A DNA stretch of 58,880 nt from Gemmataceae bacterium (GTDB taxonomy: Bacteria > Planctomycetota > Planctomycetia > Gemmatales > Gemmataceae), in NCBI GenBank assembly GCA_964201235.1, contig CAXNFS010000001.1:1-58880 (forward strand), read 5' to 3'. Shown piece by piece: positions 28,901-35,085 of this stretch. The notes beneath the pieces were generated by a model. The model saw only the letters and a program-made list of their open reading frames with translations. It was not told the DNA's origin and did not search any database. Position numbers and translations under genes: made by a program. Position 1 is the stretch's first letter. Each line of letters starts with the position of its first letter.

Positions 28901-29089
28901 ATCCAAACGATAGTTAGCTTTTCGGTGGGACTGATCCGGCCCATGACACTGAAAACAATTCTCAGAAAGAATAGGGCGAATCTGTCTATTAAAATCAATC
29001 TCGACTGCGTAAATAAATTGCCCACAGATAGAAACAACAAAAAGAGTAATAAGTATATTTTTAAAAAATACAATGATATTCATGATCAT
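25982..29089 (-). CDS. PSCyt1/DUF1549/DUF1553 protein
   Basis: IRPILSENCFQCHG, RRLTLDLIGLPP, CARCHDHKYDP and HPELLDWLA. The longest ORF starts at 29167. The ATG at 29089 (MIMNIIVFF..., signal-peptide-like) has GGCGGA upstream. Confidence 0.9.
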   Translation of the reverse strand: MIMNIIVFFKNILITLFVVSICGQFIYAVEIDFNRQIRPILSENCFQCHGPDQSHRKANYRLDTKEGVFAVGKSGAKNILVRDAKNSELVHRIELEDDGLMPPLKSGKKLNADQIKLIKQWINEGANYGEHWAFVVPKLSNVPSVINSKWVKNPIDAFVLNRLESNNINPSPQASKEVLIRRLTLDLIGLPPSLKEVDDYIRDDSPQAYEKVVDRLLASNQYGERMAMQWLDYARFADSNGFQTDSSRSMWPWRDWVINAYNANMPFNQFTIEQIAGDMLPNATKSQIIATGFNRNHRLNGEGGLIAEEWRIENVIDRVDTTSQTWLGLTLACARCHDHKYDPISQKEFYQFFAFFNNLPESGTLAGNQTGGNTDPVEEIESPLQNAESLKIQLAIKEQEALILKLDGKVDDLIKEWEPEFKEKTKSTNNVWIPLNPTNVKSEGGAKFSKLPDGSYLAGGKNPANDVYTITSNVSKGAFSAILLECFPDPSLPNQSLGRFSNGNFVLSKIEAELSSPSLKIPLKISFNKAIADYSQKGWDITNVLGNDSSKGWAVDGPTRRDNTKAMFLSPQLVDIPENATIKISLSHQALSQHNIGRFRIAISSVPGELITLNGFQIPLNITKILEIDIQKRSLQQKEELKKYYKATSFKEHKVASDKLVLLKTNLVDSKKNIPGVMVMKEGPVRDTFMLIRGEYDKKGPKVVAGLPSVLPPLPKDKPMNRLGLAYWMVDPSNPLTSRVWVNRMWEKFFGYGLVRTSENFGSQSEFPSHPELLDWLASKFVSLNWDMKAMQKIVVMSSVYQQSSNLNPNLLNIDPENRLLARGSRLRLSGETLRDQALFASGLMVSKTGGPSVRPYMPEGVWDETSRYGDLRNYKHDKGEALYRRTMYTIWKRTAAPPTMLLFDAPNREACSVKRSRTNTPLQALVLLNEITYVEAARKLAEKMIREGGNTPEDKLTTGFRIVTGRHPDSSELSILLKGFYKDYQEFKSKPENAKRFTSLGESSSANTIDINELAAFTLSANILLNLDEVVNRE

Positions 29090-29215
29090 AAATCCGCCTA
29101 TGTAAATAATAAGATGCAGTGTCTTTGATAACAGAAGCAAGATCAACAACTGTAAGTTAAAAATCAAGCCATTGAAGATTGTAACTTAAAGTTTCATCAT
29201 CAAAACCAAATAAAT

Positions 29216-29362
29216 CTAAACGGGAAGGTTTTGAGGTCCACTATCCAAACCATAAAAAATCCACGCACCCATGCTGGGTCGAGCAAGCTGCTGAAAACCC
29301 ATATTGAAAAACATCTTAGCTGAACCATTAATAAACTTTACTGTCCTTATGAATTTACTACT
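29216..29362 (-). pseudogene. DUF1501 gene fragment (relic of the central region only)
   Basis: The minus-strand reading is ..SSKFIRTVKFINGSAKMFFNMGFQQLARPSMGAWIFYGLDSGPQNLPV*. It aligns with IRSMH...NH.P......G..L..PS.GSW..YGLGSEN.NLP of both intact DUF1501 paralogs in this window. There are stops on both sides. Confidence 0.55.
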
Positions 29363-29463
29363 TCATTCCTTACTTGCCTGCTTAACAAAAACAACTGCTG
29401 CTCAGTTATCACAGCCATTAATGTTGGATTCAACCTTTAGGCGAAGCTTTACGGTAGCCGAAC

Positions 29464-30378
29464 TTAAACCGGTAAGGGTGGTCTTCCACGCTGAGGCAAA
29501 ACGGCAGGTGGAAATAATCCTCTAGCGTAGTCAGCCAAATGGCACATAGTGTCGCCATAAAAATGAAACTTTATCTTTTTTCGAATCGCAGGAGTTAACC
29601 CTTGCCCACCAACTACAAGAACAGTGCCCGCATTACAAACTTTTTCAAATAGTAAAAGGTTGTCTTTAACAAATTCGTCAACATTAGAAATACTGGTCGT
29701 AGACATCCAAACAAGCCTAGGTTTAAAATGATTGATACCATCAATAAACGACTCAATCGGGGTATTGGATCCAATATTTACTGTATTCCAACCAAGATCA
29801 AACAATAAAATATCTACCAACATATTGCTTAATTGATAATGGTCATTAGTGATACAGCCCCCAATCGCAATAGGCCCGTTAGTATTATCTCTTGAGTTGA
29901 TAAAGTTACGCAATTTAAAAAGAGTAGAAATGCAAATCTGAGTAGCGCAATGTTCATAAAAAATTGGGAGGGTACCGTTCACCCACTCTTCACCAATTCT
30001 AGCCATACTAGGTTGAATAATTTCATCTGTAATTTTCTCAATAGGCATTTTGTTTTTATAAGCAGATAAAATAATATTATTGCAAGATAGTAGACTTTGA
30101 TTACGAAGAGCTTGATAAAAATTATCAGCAGAAATCTGAAGAAATTCGCTATTACTCGGTTGGGTTTCAATTAGAGGCAACTTAGAAAAATCACCAACGG
30201 GCAAAACACCCTGCCGTGAAAGTCTGATTAAATCAGCTACTAAAATTTTCCTATGCCCGCCCGGAGTTATGTCAGCTGGAAGAATTTTGTCATCCACCCA
30301 CCTCTTAACTGTCGAAACGCTAACGCCGAGAATCTTACCGGCTAACTGGCTTGAGATATATTGAGCTACATCCATCAT
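29464..30378 (-). CDS. CarH/LitR-like transcriptional regulator: excisionase-type HTH + B12-binding (four-helix bundle + Rossmann-like) region
   Basis: The N-terminus LAGKILGVSVSTVKRWVDDKILPA..TPGGHRKI is an excisionase/MerR-superfamily HTH. An exact W-x9-E-H motif (W132...E142-H143, nt 29985..29950) is present. The downstream flavodoxin-like segment is GPIAIGGCITNDHYQLS...NIG...RLVWMS..., with His180 at the lower-ligand position. Confidence 0.7.
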   Translation of the reverse strand: MMDVAQYISSQLAGKILGVSVSTVKRWVDDKILPADITPGGHRKILVADLIRLSRQGVLPVGDFSKLPLIETQPSNSEFLQISADNFYQALRNQSLLSCNNIILSAYKNKMPIEKITDEIIQPSMARIGEEWVNGTLPIFYEHCATQICISTLFKLRNFINSRDNTNGPIAIGGCITNDHYQLSNMLVDILLFDLGWNTVNIGSNTPIESFIDGINHFKPRLVWMSTTSISNVDEFVKDNLLLFEKVCNAGTVLVVGGQGLTPAIRKKIKFHFYGDTMCHLADYARGLFPPAVLPQRGRPPLPV

Positions 30379-30458
30379 TTAACTCGCTGAAAACTATATT
30401 AAAACAAGTAACCCTGATCTTATCGTCATTCTATAGCATAAAATGACAACCAAAAGCT

Positions 30459-30527
30459 AAATCGTGCAAATCGTTTTAATTATGTTGACACTGCCAAATT
30501 GCTCCGGTAATGTAAATAGAACGATTT
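30459..30527. promoter_or_regulatory. Candidate operator repeats around the sigma-factor promoter
   Basis: AAATCGT occurs at 30459-30465 and 30468-30474 (direct, 9-bp register). Its complement ACGATTT occurs at 30521-30527. Confidence 0.3.
30485..30513 (+). promoter_or_regulatory. Sigma-70-type promoter candidate (TTGACA-17 nt-TAATGT)
   Basis: A perfect -35 hexamer lies at 30485-30490. After a 17-nt spacer, TAATGT lies at 30508-30513, 40 nt upstream of the sigma-factor ATG. Confidence 0.35.
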
Positions 30528-30552
30528 GAACCTTTAGCGACGGAGTGTTTTA

Positions 30553-31350
30553 ATGACCACCAAACTTATCAAAGATCATTCATCCCAGCCTTCAGAGTCC
30601 GGGATTAAGTTTATTTACAATAAATCTTTTAATACCAGAAAAGCGCTTAAGCTTTACCATCCTTCGAATTTTTCTTCTGTTGATTTTACTGATTCCTACA
30701 TGCCTGAAGATTACACAAAAGATATCTCCAGAAGAATGCACTATGCTGGTTTTCGTTTTTTCAATGAACCTAATGTTTCCCGCAAAAAGTTCTGGAAAAA
30801 GGCTTATTTTGATTTGAGAAACTTAGTTGTTGAAGGTAACCGAAAGTTAGTTTTTAAAGCCGTGAATAAATGGACTCCCATGCGATTCATGGCGGATGAC
30901 AATTCAAGCAATTGTACAATTGTTCTGATACAGGCAGTAGCTGCTTTCAATCCTTGGAAAGGTATAAGATTCAGTACCTATGCATTCACTTGCCTCATGC
31001 GCGCTTTGTCTAGGCTCAATTATAAAAATACTGCAGAAAAGATGGTACAGTGTGAATCATTAGATCATTTGTTTGGAAACAATTTTGATGTTCCAGGCAG
31101 TTCTTCGGTTCCGGTTTCTCATACTAATTCACTTGCGGTTCTTGATACCTATTTTTCCAAGGATTGTGATATACTTGATGAGAGAGAAAAATTGATTCTA
31201 TCTGAACGATTTGGATTAGGCGATAAACCCCTTACAAGTTTGGAAGAAGTAGGTAAACTCCTTAAACTTTCAAAAGAACGGGTAAGGCAGATTCAATTTA
31301 TTGCTCTGGAAAAACTTCGTAAAGTTTTAATTCCTAACAATGCCTTTTAG
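30553..31350 (+). CDS. RNA polymerase sigma factor, sigma-70 family (group-3-like)
   Basis: Region 2 is NRKLVFKAVNKW...LIQAVAAFNPWKGIRFSTYAFTCLMRAL. Region 4 is EREKLILSERFGL...SLEEVGKLLKLSKERVRQIQFIALEKLR. Confidence 0.8.
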   Translation: MTTKLIKDHSSQPSESGIKFIYNKSFNTRKALKLYHPSNFSSVDFTDSYMPEDYTKDISRRMHYAGFRFFNEPNVSRKKFWKKAYFDLRNLVVEGNRKLVFKAVNKWTPMRFMADDNSSNCTIVLIQAVAAFNPWKGIRFSTYAFTCLMRALSRLNYKNTAEKMVQCESLDHLFGNNFDVPGSSSVPVSHTNSLAVLDTYFSKDCDILDEREKLILSERFGLGDKPLTSLEEVGKLLKLSKERVRQIQFIALEKLRKVLIPNNAF

Positions 31351-31377
31351 TATTAATTTTTTTATGTAGGAAATCTT

Positions 31378-32121
31378 ATGTCTTTCAGTAATTCTTCTTT
31401 TATAGTGATCGGTGCTTATGGTGGTATTGGTTCTGTTGTTTCTAAGATTTTAAAAGAAAATGGTGCTAACTTACTTTTAGCTGGCAAAGATGCATCAAAA
31501 CTTGAAGCTTTATCGAATGATTTAAATACTCCGTTTTTTAATCTGGATGCCTCAGATTTTTCCCAAGTGGATTCTCTCATTGAGTTTGCTATCAAAACCT
31601 TCGGGGCTATTGATGGGATTGTTAATTGCTGTGGATCTCTCTTATTAAAACCAGCCCACATTACCTCTGAAGCAGAATACTTTTCTGTAATACAATCTAA
31701 TCTTACATCTTCTTTTGCTACCATACGAAGTGGGTGCAAAGCGATGATGGGTCGAGGCGGTTCTGTTGTTTTAATTTCCTCCGCTGCTGCTAAGGTTGGT
31801 CTGGCTAATCACGAGGCTATTGCTTCCGCTAAAGCCGGTATAATTGGGTTAACAAAGTCTGCTGCAGCAACTTATGCATCTAAAAATATAAGGGTAAATT
31901 GCGTAGCACCCGGATTAATTAACACACCTTTAACAAAATCCATCACCAACAATGAAAATGCCTTGAAAGCATCTGTTTCTATGCATCCTCTTGGTAAAAT
32001 TGGATCCCCCTCCGACATTGCTTCTGCAGTTGTTTGGCTTCTCGACCCTTCGAATTCTTGGATTACTGGTCAAACTATTGTTGTCGATGGTGGGCTTTCA
32101 TCGCTTAAAACTCGTGGATAG
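31378..32121 (+). CDS. Short-chain dehydrogenase/reductase fold protein lacking the catalytic Tyr
   Basis: GAYGGIGS is the glycine-rich NAD(P) motif, and VNCVAPG and ITGQTIVVDGG are classical SDR blocks. The YxxxK position reads I148-A-S-A-K152 (att at 31819-31821). The gene starts 27 nt after the sigma gene. Confidence 0.85.
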   Translation: MSFSNSSFIVIGAYGGIGSVVSKILKENGANLLLAGKDASKLEALSNDLNTPFFNLDASDFSQVDSLIEFAIKTFGAIDGIVNCCGSLLLKPAHITSEAEYFSVIQSNLTSSFATIRSGCKAMMGRGGSVVLISSAAAKVGLANHEAIASAKAGIIGLTKSAAATYASKNIRVNCVAPGLINTPLTKSITNNENALKASVSMHPLGKIGSPSDIASAVVWLLDPSNSWITGQTIVVDGGLSSLKTRG

Positions 32122-32230
32122 TTTTATCACCTGATTATTGCTCAAACCAAGCCCCTTGTTCATTTCGACAAAAGACTCATTCTTATTTATTTTTGGTTTC
32201 CAAACACTATTGATTTAGGTTATTTTAAGT

Positions 32231-32965
32231 ATGAACAATTTTTTCATACTGGAGAATAATGTGCTTATATTTTCAAAAATCAATGTATCTAAGATGACTG
32301 TTTTTGCCCTTCTCTTAGGCTTCCTTTTAGTTGCTAAGACTGGATTTTCCCAGGCACCCAATGAAAAAGCTGAATGGAAATCGCTTTTTGATGGAAAGAC
32401 TCTCAAAGGATGGAAGCAATCTGATTTTTTTAAACCCGGGAAGAGTTCTGTGAAGGATGGTGCTATTATTTTGGAAAAAGGTACAAAAATGACTGGGCTT
32501 ACCTACGATGGCAAAGATTTCCCAAAAATGAATTACGAAGTCAGTTTGGAAAGTAAGCGTGTTGATGGCAGAGATTTTTTCTGCACCACTACTTTTCCCG
32601 TTGGTGATTCTTTTTGCTCTTTTGTGGTTGGAGGATGGGGTGGATCTGTTACCGGTCTTTCAAGTATTGATGGTATTGATGCATCTGAAAATCAAACCGG
32701 GCAGGGTATAGAATATAAAAATGATCAGTGGTACAAAATCCGCATCCGTGTTACCGACAAAAGAGTTGAAACATGGATAGACAAGGAACAAACTGTCGAC
32801 CTTGACACCTCGGATGTAAAGCTTGGGATCCGAATTGAATGTAATGTATCCACTCCTTTTGGTATTGCATCGTATGACACCGTTGGCGCAGTCAAGGATA
32901 TAAAAGTACGGAATCTTTCCGTTGCTGAAATTAAGGAAGTTGCCAAGAAATCGATTAAAAAATAA
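32231..32965 (+). CDS. DUF1080 (3-keto-disaccharide hydrolase family) protein, secreted
   Basis: WKSLFDGKTLKGWKQ, later GGWGGS and QWYKIRIRV, on a concanavalin-like fold. The true start is probably internal: GTG 32261 preceded by GGAGA, or ATG 32294. Either gives the signal peptide MTVFALLLGFLLVAKTGFS. Confidence 0.8.
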   Translation: MNNFFILENNVLIFSKINVSKMTVFALLLGFLLVAKTGFSQAPNEKAEWKSLFDGKTLKGWKQSDFFKPGKSSVKDGAIILEKGTKMTGLTYDGKDFPKMNYEVSLESKRVDGRDFFCTTTFPVGDSFCSFVVGGWGGSVTGLSSIDGIDASENQTGQGIEYKNDQWYKIRIRVTDKRVETWIDKEQTVDLDTSDVKLGIRIECNVSTPFGIASYDTVGAVKDIKVRNLSVAEIKEVAKKSIKK

Positions 32966-32983
32966 GGCTTAAGAAAGGCTAAA

Positions 32984-33718
32984 ATGCAAAATCAAGCTGC
33001 AATTGTTACTGGTGGTGGTACTGGGATTGGTAAATCAACATCTTTACTTTTAGCATCCAAAGGTTTTAAAGTTGTTGTGAATTATTCCCGGTCAGCCAAG
33101 GAAGCTGAAGAAACTTGCTCGGAAATTATTAAGCTTGGGGGTGAAGCCATCCCCTACAAAGCAAACATATCGGATGATAAGGCTGTAAAGGAAATGGCAC
33201 AAAAATGCTCAGCCATGTTTGGCGGAATCGATGTTCTCGTTAACAATGCTGGGACAACTCATTTTATTGATCATAACGACCTAGATGCTTTAACAGATCA
33301 GGTATGGGATGACATTTTCTCAGTTAATATGAAAGGCACCTTTTACGCTTGCAGGGCAGTTATGCCGGAATTGAAAAAATCCCGTGGGAATATTGTAAAT
33401 GTTACTTCGGTTGCAGGCTTGGCAGGAAATGGCAGCTCAATTCCCTATGCGATGAGCAAAGCTGCGCTTAACTGCATGACAAAATCGCTTGCCAAAGCTT
33501 TTGCTCCTGAAGTTCGGGTGAATGCCGTTGCGCCTGGCCCCGTATTAACGCGATGGTTAGCCCCACACCCTAAAATGATTGAACAATCGTTGGCGTTAAC
33601 CCCCATGAAGCGGGCGGCAACCGGAGATGATATTGCTGCTGCTATAGTTTTTCTTGCAACCGGAACAAATCTAATGACTGGCCAAATAATGGTAGTTGAT
33701 GGTGGCAGAACCATGTAG
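32984..33718 (+). CDS. SDR family oxidoreductase (FabG-like)
   Basis: TGGGTGIGKS, NNAG, canonical S...YAMSKAAL, and VNAVAPG. Confidence 0.9.
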   Translation: MQNQAAIVTGGGTGIGKSTSLLLASKGFKVVVNYSRSAKEAEETCSEIIKLGGEAIPYKANISDDKAVKEMAQKCSAMFGGIDVLVNNAGTTHFIDHNDLDALTDQVWDDIFSVNMKGTFYACRAVMPELKKSRGNIVNVTSVAGLAGNGSSIPYAMSKAALNCMTKSLAKAFAPEVRVNAVAPGPVLTRWLAPHPKMIEQSLALTPMKRAATGDDIAAAIVFLATGTNLMTGQIMVVDGGRTM

Positions 33719-33761
33719 GGTTATTTAAAGTTCCTTTTGGTTAAATACATTTTAATTACGC

Positions 33762-33790
33762 TTGACATTAGATGATTTTGACCCTAATTT
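33762..33790 (+). promoter_or_regulatory. Sigma-70-type promoter candidate (TTGACA-17 nt-TAATTT)
   Basis: TTGACA lies at 33762-33767. After a 17-nt spacer, TAATTT lies at 33785-33790. This is in the 110-nt gap before the propeller/photolyase/GIY-YIG genes. AGGAG lies 7 nt before the TTG start at 33829. Confidence 0.35.
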
Positions 33791-33828
33791 GTGAACGATA
33801 TAGTCGTTTATCTCTTTAGGAGTTTAAT

Positions 33829-35076
33829 TTGCTACACATTTTTCAAGCCACCACTTTAGGGGTTTTATTCGTATTTATTTCATTTGGTTTTGCAGGTGAA
33901 CCGTATCTTTGGAACCAATGGCGCGGACCAAACCGTGATGGTTTTCATTTAGGTAATTCCTTCCCGAGCAATTTAGCAAAGGAATCTTTACAACTTTCTT
34001 GGAAAGCAAATCTTGGGCCTAGCTATTCAGGCCCAATTGTCTCTGATCAACTCGTGTTCACAACAGAAACAAAAAACAAAGAATCTGAAGTTGTTCATGC
34101 CTACGACCGAAAAACAGGAAAAGAAATTTGGGCCACCGAATGGAAAGGTGCGATGTCTGTTCCCTTTTTTGCAGGCTCAAATGGCAGTTGGATTAGAGCT
34201 ACCCCTGCTTTTGATGGCGAATGCTTGTATGTTGCAGGAATTAAAGATGTACTTGTTTGCCTAAACGCAACGGATGGTAAAGAAAAATGGCGAATAGATT
34301 TTGTAGAGCAATTCAAAACACCTGTGCCTAGCTTCGGCTTTGTGTCTTCGCCGTTAATTGATGGCGATGCGATTTATGTACAGGCAGGGGCTTCTGTTTT
34401 CAAACTTAACAAAAAAAATGGCGCCGTTATTTGGAGATCATTCAAAGATTCAGGTGGTATGAATGGCAGTGCCTTTGCTTCACCTTTAATGACTACGCTT
34501 GGGGGCCAAAAACAACTTCTTATCCAATCAAGGGAAAAACTTGCAGGGTTAAATCCTGAAAATGGCGATGTCCTTTGGTCGAAGGTTATACCGAATTTTC
34601 GGGGCATGAATATTTTCACTCCCGTTGTTATTGGGGACACCATATTTGCAAGCACTTACCAAAACAAATCTTGGCTTTATAAAGTCAGTAAAAATGATTC
34701 AGGATTTGCAGTAAATGAAGTTTGGGAAAATAAACTGCAAGGTTACATGTCAACTCCTGTAGTCATCAACGGTTTCGCCTACATGCACCTTCAAAATCAG
34801 AGATTTACTTGCGTCGATTTATCAAATGGAGAAACTAAATGGACATCGCCTAAGTCTTTTGGAAAGTACTGGAGTTTGATTGCATATAAAAATCGAATTC
34901 TAGCACTTGATCAAAAGGGGATTCTCTATCTTATTGAGGCAGATCCGAAAGAATTTAAGGTCTTGGAAACTAGGGAAATAACTGAAAATGAATCTTGGGC
35001 TCACTTAGCGATCAGTGGAGATCAGATTTTCATTCGCGATCTAAAAACCCTTTCTGTTTTTCAATGGAAGAATTAA
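33829..35076 (+). CDS. PQQ-like beta-propeller repeat protein, secreted
   Basis: A signal peptide is followed by WNQWRGPNRDG. Blade repeats contain ..G...W.. A paralog of the 6907-8220 gene. Confidence 0.8.
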   Translation: MLHIFQATTLGVLFVFISFGFAGEPYLWNQWRGPNRDGFHLGNSFPSNLAKESLQLSWKANLGPSYSGPIVSDQLVFTTETKNKESEVVHAYDRKTGKEIWATEWKGAMSVPFFAGSNGSWIRATPAFDGECLYVAGIKDVLVCLNATDGKEKWRIDFVEQFKTPVPSFGFVSSPLIDGDAIYVQAGASVFKLNKKNGAVIWRSFKDSGGMNGSAFASPLMTTLGGQKQLLIQSREKLAGLNPENGDVLWSKVIPNFRGMNIFTPVVIGDTIFASTYQNKSWLYKVSKNDSGFAVNEVWENKLQGYMSTPVVINGFAYMHLQNQRFTCVDLSNGETKWTSPKSFGKYWSLIAYKNRILALDQKGILYLIEADPKEFKVLETREITENESWAHLAISGDQIFIRDLKTLSVFQWKN

Positions 35077-35085
35077 TACACATTC

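Noticed and set aside
29168-29463. Possible cobalamin riboswitch next to the B12-type regulator.
   Set aside because: I found no B12-box-like consensus or suitable conserved stems. The region is explained by the DUF1501 fragment.
29304-29525. 73-aa + strand ORF in the gap before the B12-type regulator.
   Set aside because: It is antisense to the DUF1501 relic and overlaps the 3' end of the regulator gene. It has no SD and no recognisable motifs.
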